Positions 43,858 to 52,700 of a stretch of 64,000 nt of DNA are shown one piece after another. Source of the stretch: an uncultured Thermoleophilia bacterium (GTDB taxonomy: Bacteria; Actinomycetota; Thermoleophilia; Gaiellales; Gaiellaceae); contig CAVRIK010000007.1 in assembly GCA_963721235.1 (NCBI GenBank), positions 415,398 to 479,397 on the forward strand, in the 5' to 3' direction. Within the stretch, counting starts at the first letter, position 1. Each line of letters begins with the position of its first letter. The position numbers were made by a program, and so were the translations under genes. The notes beneath the pieces are model-generated. The model was not told the origin of the DNA. It saw nothing but the letters and a program-made list of their open reading frames with translations, and did no database searches.

Positions 43858-45942
43858 CTACGCGCTCCGGGCCGGGCTTTCGTCAGCGGCCGCCCTCGCC
43901 GCCAGCGAACGCGGCGCACGCTGCCGTCCGAGTGCCGGCAGCGTGCGCTCGACGAACGTCTCGACGAGCTCCGGATCGAACTGCGTCCCCGCGGACGCGC
44001 GCAGCTCTTCGATTGCCTGCTCGTTGCTCTGCGCCTGCCGATACGGGCGTTCGGAGGTGATCGCGTCGTAGGCGTCGCAGATCGCGATCATGCGCGCCGC
44101 GAGCGGGATCTCTTCGCCCTTCAGGCCGTCGGGGTAGCCCAGGCCGTCCCACCGCTCGTGGGTCGAGCGAACGGTCAGTGCGACGTGCTCGAGCCCTTCG
44201 GCGGCGGCGATGATCCTCTCTCCGATCACGGTGTGCTGCCGGACGATCTTCCATTCCTCGTCGTCGAGCTGCCCGGGCTTCTGCAGCACGGCCTCGGGCA
44301 GGGCGAGCTTGCCGACGTCATGGAGCTCCGCTGCCGCGCGAACGAGCTTCGCCTCGCTGCCGACGAGCCCGAGCTCCGCCGCGAACGCCGCCGAGTACCT
44401 CGCGACTCCGTCGAGGTGCGTCCCGAACGATTCGTCGCGCTCGGCGAGCGCCTGGAGCAGGACGCCGCGACCCTCACCGCCGCCCATGCCGAGCCCCTTC
44501 TCGGCGTACATCCGCCGGTCGGCGATCTGCAGAGCGTCGTGGGTGTTCTCCGCCTCGGCGGGGAGAAGTGTGTAGCCGCTCGAGCAGGTGATCGCGAACG
44601 CATTTCCCGATTCGCGCAGGCTCGCACTCGTGACGGCGCGGAGCCACGGCAGGTCGAGGGCGGATCCGGGCGCGAGGATGCAGAACTCGTCGCCGCCGAG
44701 GCGGAAGACCTCGCCGCGCTCTCCGACGGTGTCGCGCAGACGCGCGCCGAGACGCTGGAGCAGCGCATCGCCCGCGTTGTGGCCGAAGGTGTCGTTGTAG
44801 GCCTTGAACCCGTCCAGGTCGAACAGCAGGAGCAGCGACGATTCCTCTGCCGCCCCCTCGAAGTAGTCGTCGAGGTGGCGCATCAGCGAGCGCCGGTTCC
44901 CGAGCCCCGTCAAGGCATCCGTCAAGGACTCGACGCGCGTCAGGTGCAGGAGCGCGAGGTACTGGCGGAACGTGAACAGCAGACGGCCGACCACCGCGAC
45001 CAGGGCGAGCGAAGCCGAGACGAGCGCCACGGTCTGCACCCGCTGGAAGTGATCCCACAGCTCGACGGCGAGGCAGACGAGCGCCATGACGACCGGCGCG
45101 AGCACGAGTGACATCCCCTCGAGCCTGCTCCGGACGCGGCGAACCGGCGAGGCGAGGGTTCCGGCAGCGATCAGCACGAACCCCGCCGGCCACGTCAGAT
45201 CGAGCCAGGTGCCGCCGCGGTACGTGCCGTCGGCGACCTGGAGGAGGTAGATCGAGTCCGCGACGCCGAAGAGCACCAGTCCCCCTCCGAGCGTGAGCCA
45301 CATCTGGCTGAGCCGCCAGTCCGAGAGACCGAAGACGATGAAGATCAACGCGAGCAGCAACGCGTCGCCGGCGGGGTAGGCCAGGTTGGTCGCGACGGCC
45401 GCGAAGCTGCCGGTCGACGAGCGCCACACCGGTCCGAGCACGATCGCCGTCGCAAGCGAGCACACCGTGAATCCGCCGATGAGACCGTCGAGCCAGACGA
45501 CCCCACCGAAGTCGACGACCGAGGCGCGGACGAGCAGCCCGAGGCCGATGAACACCGGGAGGTAGAAACCCAGATAGCCGGCGTCGGCCAGCGAGGGGAA
45601 CGGCTGCGACGCCAGCTGCTGCAACTCGACCGTGTAGTAGATGTCGCCGAACGTCCAGGCGAAGATGCCCGCCGCGATCCAGATCCAGGCGGCCCCGCTC
45701 CTGCGGTGAAGCCCGTGCAGCAGGCACGTGACCCCGGCGAGGATGCCGACCCAGTCGTAGAGCCAGTTGGTGAAGATCCTCGACACGTCCGCGCCGCCGA
45801 GACCGGTGCGCCACTGAACGGCGAGCGCGCCGAACAGCACCAGGGTGGCACCGAACGCAGCGACGGACAGGCGCTCCACCCACGGGCCGTCCCCCACCTC
45901 GGCCCGACGCGGCCGGAGCCGTGCAACCAGGTGCTGCGCCAT
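43858..45942 (-). CDS. membrane-anchored diguanylate cyclase (GGDEF) fused to an HD-GYP phosphodiesterase domain
   Basis: ORF 43858..46080 trimmed to the ATG at 45942. About 10 hydrophobic segments, then GLGNRR ... RLGGDEF, then ELHDVGKLALP ... THERWDGLGYP. Confidence 0.85.
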   Translation of the reverse strand: MAQHLVARLRPRRAEVGDGPWVERLSVAAFGATLVLFGALAVQWRTGLGGADVSRIFTNWLYDWVGILAGVTCLLHGLHRRSGAAWIWIAAGIFAWTFGDIYYTVELQQLASQPFPSLADAGYLGFYLPVFIGLGLLVRASVVDFGGVVWLDGLIGGFTVCSLATAIVLGPVWRSSTGSFAAVATNLAYPAGDALLLALIFIVFGLSDWRLSQMWLTLGGGLVLFGVADSIYLLQVADGTYRGGTWLDLTWPAGFVLIAAGTLASPVRRVRSRLEGMSLVLAPVVMALVCLAVELWDHFQRVQTVALVSASLALVAVVGRLLFTFRQYLALLHLTRVESLTDALTGLGNRRSLMRHLDDYFEGAAEESSLLLLFDLDGFKAYNDTFGHNAGDALLQRLGARLRDTVGERGEVFRLGGDEFCILAPGSALDLPWLRAVTSASLRESGNAFAITCSSGYTLLPAEAENTHDALQIADRRMYAEKGLGMGGGEGRGVLLQALAERDESFGTHLDGVARYSAAFAAELGLVGSEAKLVRAAAELHDVGKLALPEAVLQKPGQLDDEEWKIVRQHTVIGERIIAAAEGLEHVALTVRSTHERWDGLGYPDGLKGEEIPLAARMIAICDAYDAITSERPYRQAQSNEQAIEELRASAGTQFDPELVETFVERTLPALGRQRAPRSLAARAAADESPARSA

Positions 45943-46203
45943 CACACCAGCGGTTTCGGCACACCGGCGGCGCAGCGCGTCCCCCGGATGGGGTAACACC
46001 TCCGAGAGCGCGACCGAGAAGGGTGAGACCGGGCGAGAGCAAGGAGCGAGGCCCCGCCGCATCGGGCCTCGAAGCCTCACCCGGTCACAGCGGCTTCATC
46101 GGCAGAACCCGGCGGCACCTGAAGATCGAGCTCACCGGGGCGTAGGCCGAGTCACCCAAACCGGGGAGGGCGAACCGCTCCGGAGACCTCTACGGTGAGA
46201 GTC

Positions 46204-46261
46204 GAGCCGGGATCGAGAGCAAGGGGGCCGCAGCCTTCGTTCTCTCCCGGCTCTCTTTTTT
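46204..46261 (+). terminator. intrinsic-terminator-like hairpin with T-tract on the plus strand, no plus-strand gene upstream
   Basis: GAGCCGGGA (46204-46212) pairs with TCCCGGCTC (46245-46253). An inner GAGA..AAGG/CCTT..TCTC stem and the loop GGGCCGCAG lie between them, followed by TCTTTTTT (46254-46261). Confidence 0.45.
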
Positions 46262-46417
46262 CGCCCGCCGGTCACGCTCACCGCGGGCGCGGTCGGCCGG
46301 CGGCCGGCTCCAGGGGAGAGGGACGGAGCCTGGCCGCCGTGCCGAAGCGCGGTCTCCGACTCCCCCGGAGACTGCCGGACTCTTCGTCGGACGGGCGAAC
46401 TGTCCTCTTGCCGCGGG

Positions 46418-47929
46418 CTAGCGGACGACGAACGTCCGGCTGACGACGATCCGGTGGCGTCCCGGGTTGAACGCTGCGCGCAGGTCGACGCGATAGGCGT
46501 AGCGCCCGGGCGGGAGATAGCGCCGTGGGAATCGCACGAGCGGCGTCCAGTTGGCCTTCGCGTAGCCCACCGCCTGCAGCCGCGGACGCGGCGCAACGGG
46601 CACGTCGACGGTCGTGCGCGCGGTGCGGCCGACCGGCACGATCGTCGCGACGTACCGCGCGTCCTCCGCCGTGCGCACGGCGAAGCTCCACGCGCGCTGC
46701 TGGGAAGACAACTTCGGGATCGCCAGCCCGCGGAAGATCGCGTGCGCGCCCAGCACGGTCTTCGAGTGCCTCCAGACCATGCGGCGCCCGACGCAGCGCC
46801 CGCTCGTCGCCGCGATCGCGTTCGTGACGGCGGTGTACGACGGCCGCTCGCTGCCGTCGGCGCGCAGCAGCCCGCTCTGGAACCCGGAGAGCGCGGTCTC
46901 GTCGATGAACGGCATGAAGAAGAGCGCCTTGACGGAGCCGTCGCACTCGGCCGAGCGAACGAGCTGCGCGTAGACGGCCGCCTGATGCGCCTCCGAGGCG
47001 ACCGGTACGTTCTCGGTCCCGGTGTAGAGGCTGTCCGGAGCGTTCGATGCGACGCGCACCTGCCACCCGACCTCGTCGATCATGATCCCGAGGCCGTTCT
47101 CCGTCGTCTTCTGCCGCGTGCCGGCGAACGCATCCCAGAGGCCCTGCTTCACGCGGTCGAGATTCGCGTAGCCGGCCATCGGCCACTCGAGGCCTTTCTT
47201 GAGCGAGTCGAGCGACGAGCGCGGATACGGGTGGAAGGAGAAGAGATCCATCAGCGGCGCCTTCCGCTTGCTCGTGCGGTAGGCGCGCCCGAGGTCGTAG
47301 AGGAACCGCAGCGGCGACGTCGAGCGGTTGCTGCGTGCCTTCGCGTCGTCGTTGCCGCGACCCGACAGGGCGCCGCCGACGACCTTGATGCTCGGGTCGA
47401 CTCGCTTGAGGGCGTCGTACGAGAGCGCGAGCAGCCGCTCGTAGTCGCGCCCCGCGACCGGAACGCCGTTGCGGAACTGCGGCTGCCAGAACCGCGGCTG
47501 GTTGGGCTCGTTGCCGATCACAAAGGTCTTCACGCTCGGATAGTTCGTCGCGAGCAGTGCGACGAAGGCTGCGAAGCGCTTCGCCTGCACCACGTTTCCG
47601 CCGATCGCGTTCGCGCGCGAGGGCCGCACCGACATGACGAGATCGATTCCGTGCACGAGCGCTTCCGGGATCGTCCGGTCGAGGAACGGCTTCTCGGCGA
47701 TCAGGGTCGGGTTCGCGGGGTCCCACGTCACGGTCAGCCGGTCCGTGTTCATTCCCCCGGCCGCGATCTTGCTGTAGAACTGCGCGCCCGAGTCGTCGGC
47801 GTACTTGCCGGCGTCGTCCGCGACGCCGAACCTGATCGTGCCCGGCGCGCCCGCGGCGGCGACCGCATGGGCGGCGACCGCGCAGAAGAACGCCGTGACG
47901 GCGAGCGTCACGCAGGTCTTGGGGGCCAT
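46418..47929 (-). CDS. secreted clan GH-A (beta/alpha)8 glycoside hydrolase-like protein with C-terminal beta-rich domain
   Basis: ORF 46418..48139 trimmed to the ATG at 47929 (MAPKTCVTLAVTAFFCAVAAHAVAAAGA, signal peptide; AAGGTGG upstream). FVIGNEPN (acid/base NEP) and IMIDEVGW (nucleophile Glu) motifs. Confidence 0.75.
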   Translation of the reverse strand: MAPKTCVTLAVTAFFCAVAAHAVAAAGAPGTIRFGVADDAGKYADDSGAQFYSKIAAGGMNTDRLTVTWDPANPTLIAEKPFLDRTIPEALVHGIDLVMSVRPSRANAIGGNVVQAKRFAAFVALLATNYPSVKTFVIGNEPNQPRFWQPQFRNGVPVAGRDYERLLALSYDALKRVDPSIKVVGGALSGRGNDDAKARSNRSTSPLRFLYDLGRAYRTSKRKAPLMDLFSFHPYPRSSLDSLKKGLEWPMAGYANLDRVKQGLWDAFAGTRQKTTENGLGIMIDEVGWQVRVASNAPDSLYTGTENVPVASEAHQAAVYAQLVRSAECDGSVKALFFMPFIDETALSGFQSGLLRADGSERPSYTAVTNAIAATSGRCVGRRMVWRHSKTVLGAHAIFRGLAIPKLSSQQRAWSFAVRTAEDARYVATIVPVGRTARTTVDVPVAPRPRLQAVGYAKANWTPLVRFPRRYLPPGRYAYRVDLRAAFNPGRHRIVVSRTFVVR

Positions 47930-48173
47930 CCGCCCACCTTTTAGCACACGGAGCGGCGATCTCCTGCCGGTCCTAGCCCGTGTAGTCGAGGCTGGAGCCG
48001 TACGGGCCGACGAGCGGGATCCAGAGCTTGGTGCCTCCGATGAGCAGGCGAATCCGCAACTGCCGGGCCGGCAGCAGGTCTGCGTCCATCGCGGCGGTGA
48101 TCCGCCTCCCTTGACGGGCTCCGGCGCACCGGAGAGCATCGTCCCTCCTGACCTTCGACGCTAAGGACACGAG

Positions 48174-48467
48174 ATGTACGCACTGGTGACGCGGTTCCAG
48201 GATTCACCTGCCGACCTCGAGGACGGCATCGCCCACGTGCTCGACGAAGTCGTGCCGATCGCCCGGGCGCAGGCCGGCGTCCGGGGGCTCTGGCTCGTCG
48301 ACCGGGAGACCGGCGAGCGGCTGTCGGTGCTGGTCGTCGAGGAGGAGGCGGCTGCCGACGCTCTCTTCGCCGCCGTCGGCGAGCTGCGGGCGGCCGACCC
48401 GGCGCGCAACCGCCCGGCGCCCGTGGGGTCGACGAGGTACGAGATCTTCGCGGAGGCGCTCGACTGA
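48174..48467 (+). CDS. small hypothetical protein, possibly ABM/ferredoxin-like fold
   Basis: 97 aa; ATG preceded by AAGGA. The family assignment is only an impression. Confidence 0.55.
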   Translation: MYALVTRFQDSPADLEDGIAHVLDEVVPIARAQAGVRGLWLVDRETGERLSVLVVEEEAAADALFAAVGELRAADPARNRPAPVGSTRYEIFAEALD

Positions 48468-48512
48468 CCTCGACTCCACGGGCAGGAAGCACGGTGCCGT
48501 GCGCGGAAGTCA

Positions 48513-49646
48513 GTGTGCGTGAGCGACGACCGGGACGGCTTCGAGCCGAAGGCGGAGCGCGGCGCCCAGCGCGAGCACCTCGTCGCGCACGACTACGACA
48601 CCGTCGACCGCGACCTGGAGCGGCTCGGACTGACGATCTCGCGGCTCCCGTCGGAGGCCGGAGTCGTCTGGCGCCTGACGCTGCCGCGCGGCGAGCAGTT
48701 CGAAGCGTGGGAGCCCGGAAACGCCGGTCTCTCGCCGCCCGCGGAGATCATGCGGCTGATCGCCGGCGTCGTGCGCGAGAAAGGGCTGGTGCCGTCGGCT
48801 CAGGCCGGCAATGACCCCGGCGCGGTGCGCCTGCGCGAGATGCTCGCCGCGCAGCGCACCGCACTGCTCGAGCACGACCCCGGGACCCGGCTCGGCGATG
48901 ACCCCGAGAACCTGCACCGGCACCGTGTCGCTGCCCGCCGCAGCCGTGCGTTCCTCCGGAGCACGCGGGCGCACGTCGATCCCGACTGGCGCCGCACCCT
49001 CGTGCGCCCCCTGAGCCGGCTGGGGGAGGCAACGGGCCCGGTCCGCGACCTGGACGTCCTGATCGAGGGGCTGCAGCCTCACCTCCAGCGGCTCGAGGAG
49101 GCCGACCAGCTCGGAGCGGCCACCCTGATGGCGAGCCTCGCCAGGACACGCGAGGCCGCCCGGCAGCGACTGCTGGAAGCCCTCGACGAGGAGCGGTACC
49201 ACCTGCTGCTGGCGCGGCTCCACTTTCCGCCGCAGCTTCGGGCAGGCGTCGAGTCGATCCCGCTCGACCGGATTGCGCGACGCGAGTTCGGCCGGCTGGC
49301 GCACGCGGTCGCGCGACTCGGCAGGGAGCCGAGCGACGACGATCTGCACGGGCTCCGAATCGCGCTGAAGCGCGCACGCTATGCCGCCGAGCTGTCCGCG
49401 CCGTCAGGCAAGACCGGCCGGGCGTTCGTCGAGGCCGCGAAGACGCTCCAGGATCTCCTCGGCGAGCACCAGGACTCCGTGATCGCGGAGTCGCTGCTGC
49501 GCTCCACGGCCGTCGTCGACAGGCCGACCGCGGCGGCGTTCGTCGCGGGCCGCATCGTGGAGCGGCAGGCCGCGCGCCGGGCGCGGCTGAAGGAGCAGTT
49601 GCCGGCGGCCTGGCGGCGGCTCCGGAAGCGAGGGGCACGGCTCTAG
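48513..49646 (+). CDS. CHAD domain protein with short, incomplete CYTH-like N-terminus
   Basis: Helical His/Arg-rich CHAD pattern (HRHRVAARRSRAFLR ... LHGLRIALKRARYAAEL ... LLGEHQDSVI). Only about 90 residues precede it. GTG start. Confidence 0.75.
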   Translation: MCVSDDRDGFEPKAERGAQREHLVAHDYDTVDRDLERLGLTISRLPSEAGVVWRLTLPRGEQFEAWEPGNAGLSPPAEIMRLIAGVVREKGLVPSAQAGNDPGAVRLREMLAAQRTALLEHDPGTRLGDDPENLHRHRVAARRSRAFLRSTRAHVDPDWRRTLVRPLSRLGEATGPVRDLDVLIEGLQPHLQRLEEADQLGAATLMASLARTREAARQRLLEALDEERYHLLLARLHFPPQLRAGVESIPLDRIARREFGRLAHAVARLGREPSDDDLHGLRIALKRARYAAELSAPSGKTGRAFVEAAKTLQDLLGEHQDSVIAESLLRSTAVVDRPTAAAFVAGRIVERQAARRARLKEQLPAAWRRLRKRGARL

Positions 49647-49685
49647 CATCTAGACCTCGTAGCTCCAGAGCAGGGCACGGAGTGC

Positions 49686-49715
49686 TTGCAAACTCACGTT
49701 CTTCCTGGTTATGTG
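49686..49715 (+). promoter_or_regulatory. possible sigma-70-type promoter TTGCAA-N18-TATGTG immediately upstream of the giant ORF
   Basis: A relatively A/T-rich patch read directly. The -10-like element ends about 10 nt before the ATG at 49725, which would imply a leaderless or near-leaderless mRNA. Confidence 0.25.
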
Positions 49716-49724
49716 GTGCGTGGG

Positions 49725-52700
49725 ATGGGGAAAGACGGGCCTGGGGGAGCACAGGGCCCGCGGCGCGTGGCGCGGTTCCTGGCGGTTGCGGTCGTGGCCT
49801 TGCTCGGCGCGGTCCTCGCCCCGCAGGCGCTCGCCGGCACGTTCCTCGTCACGAGCAGCGCCGACTCGGGCGTCGGCAGCCTCCGTGAGGCGATCACCGA
49901 GGCGAACGCCGTTTCGGGCTCGACATCGGAGATCGACTTCACGATCGGCAGCGGAGTGGCGACGATCTCGCCGACGTCGCCGCTGCCCGCGATCACTGCG
50001 CCAGTCGTGATCAACGGGCTGACGCAGCCCGGGGTGAACCCGCCCGACATCGTGCTGGACGGCAGCCAATGCTCGAACGGAGGCCTCCCTTGTGACGGGC
50101 TTGTGGTGCGGGCGGGAAGCTCGACCATCGAAGGACTGGCCGTGGTCGGTTTCTCGGGTCGCGCAGTCGTCTTCGACGGAAGCGAATCCGGGCTCGGCGG
50201 CAATACGCTCGAATCGTCCTACATCGGCTGGGATCCCAACACCGCGTCCTTCCATGGAAGCGCTGACGCCGGCGTCGCGATCGTCTCGAGTCCGAACAAC
50301 ACGATCGGCGGCGGGAGCTCCGGAACGAGAGTCGTCGTCGCAGGAAACGGCGGCGGCGGCAGCCTCACCGAGATGCTTGTCACCGGGTCCGCGAGCACAG
50401 GCAATGTCGTGTCCGGCAACTGGATCGGTCTGGGAGCAGACGGAACAAGCTCGCCCGACACGGCGAACGGGATTGTCATCACAGGCGGGGCGCACGGCAA
50501 CACGATCGGGGGCGACCAAGCGCAGGGCAACACTCTTTATGCCTTCTACCAGGACGGAATCGACGTCCGAGACGCAGGCGGCGGGAACATCGTCGCCGGG
50601 AACTCGATCGGCCTCGATGCGAACGGTGGGATGCAAGGCCAGAGCGACACCGGGATCGCGGTGGAAAACAGCCCGAACACGATCATCGGCGACGGCGCCG
50701 TCCCCCCGCAGAACGCCGATACCACCCGCGGCAACGTCATCGTGGGCGCCACCGGGGACGTCGGCGTTCTGGTGACCGGCGCGTCCGGAGGAACTTCGCT
50801 CGCGGGCAACTTCATCGGCACGGATCGTCAGGGAAGCTCGGAGCTCGGGAACTCCCAGGGCGTCCGCGTCATCTCGGCGAGCGGAATCACGGTGGGGCCG
50901 GGCAACACGATCAGCGGGAACCAGTCCGACGGCGTCGAGATCGCAAGTACGTCGGGCAACCGGATCGTTGCCAACTCGATCTACGGCAACGGCATCGGCG
51001 AGAGCGGCGGGAAGGGGATCCTCCTCGACCCCGGAGCGAACAACGACATCGCTCCGCCCGCGCTCACGGACGCATCGAGCTTGGGCGGGACGACGACCGG
51101 GCACGGCACGTTCCACGGCTCACCGAATGAAGCGGTCTACATCGAGTTTTTCAACAGCCCGACCTGCGATCCGAATGGCGGGGGTCGGACGTATCTCGGG
51201 TCGGTCACGGCCACAGGGGACGGAAACGGGACGGCGCAGTTCTCCTTCTCGGTCGGCACCGGTCCCGGCACCGCGTTCCTGACCGCGACCGCCACCGACA
51301 TATCGACGGCCGACTCGTCCGAGTTCTCGAACTGCCTCGCGTCGACGAACGGCGCCGTCGGAAACGGCACGCTGTCGGGCTCGGTTCAGATCGACCCGTC
51401 GCTCGAGCCGCCGGGGAACTTCCCGGTCGACCTGACCGCCGCCGGGACCGGGGACTGGGCGATCTGGGGCACCGGGACGAGCACGTCGCTCAGCCCGGAT
51501 GTTCGCAAGGCCGGCGGGAGCTCGATCAGTGACCTGACCAACATCGACCCCGACCCGTCGGTGCCGTTGCGCGGCCTCGGGCAGTTCAACTGTGACCCGA
51601 ACAACGTCAACTGCACTCCGTTCGCCTTCAGCTGGAGCGACGGCAACGGTGACAACCCCAAGGGGACAGGCGTTGCGGCCGGGATCCAGCACGACGGCGA
51701 GCAGACGCAGACCTCCACGCTCGGCAAGGGATTCGCGTTCGACGTGCCGGCCGACACGTCCACGCGGACCCTGAAGGTCTACGTGGCGACGAACCGCGCG
51801 GACGGCGAACTGTCCGCAAGCCTGTCGGACCAGTCCGCCGGGAACTACGCGAACACGCTCGTCCAGGCGACGGACCTGCGCTCGGCGATCTACACGATCA
51901 CCTACTCGGCCGCGTCGGCCGGGCAAACACTGCACGTGCAGTGGATCGAGACCGCAGACAACTGCGAGCAGTTCCGCTGTGACAACGTCGCGATCTACGC
52001 GGTCGCGCTCTCGGGCGGGAGCACCACCACGAGTGCATCCGCCGGCCTGACGAGCGGCCCCTCCGTCGGGATCTCCGGCTCGAACGACCTGCTGACGGAC
52101 ATCCCGCTGCGCGCCTTCGAGCCCGCGCAGACCGGGACGACTCCCGCGCCGATCAACGGGCTCCCGATCAACGGCCTGCCGATCAACGGCCTGCCGATCA
52201 ACGGGCTCCCGATCAACGGCCTCCCGATCAACGGCCTGCCGATCAACGGGCTCCCGATCAACGGCCTGCCGATCAACGGGCTGCCGATCAACGGCCTGCC
52301 GATCAACGGGCTCCCGATCAACGGCCTCCCGATCAACGGGCTCGCGCTCTCGCAGAGCTGGACGGACATTCTCAAGGGCACCGCGCTCGAAGGTGTGCCG
52401 CTGCAGACGATCACGCTGCAGGACGTGCTGGCGCTCAATCCGCAACCCGCCGCAGTCCAGAACTTGACCCTCGGCGACCTCGAGCTCGCCGGCAGCGACC
52501 TCGGCAAGATCACGATCGGCGCGCTCGCGCTCGGCTCGACACCGATCAACGGACTGCCGGCTGCAGACGCGAATGCGATCGAGACCCAGCTGCAGGCGTG
52601 GTGCAACAGCGTCGTGGCCCCTGCCGATGCTGCGACGAGTTGCACGACGGCGAGCCTCGGAACCGCCAGCCTGTTCGCACTCGGTCTCGCCGGGGCGCCG

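Noticed and set aside
49686-49724. TTG at 49686 as the start of the giant ORF
   Set aside because: The first 13 codons overlap a promoter-like TTGCAA-N18-TATGTG element. The signal peptide begins only after the ATG at 49725. It remains a possible alternative.
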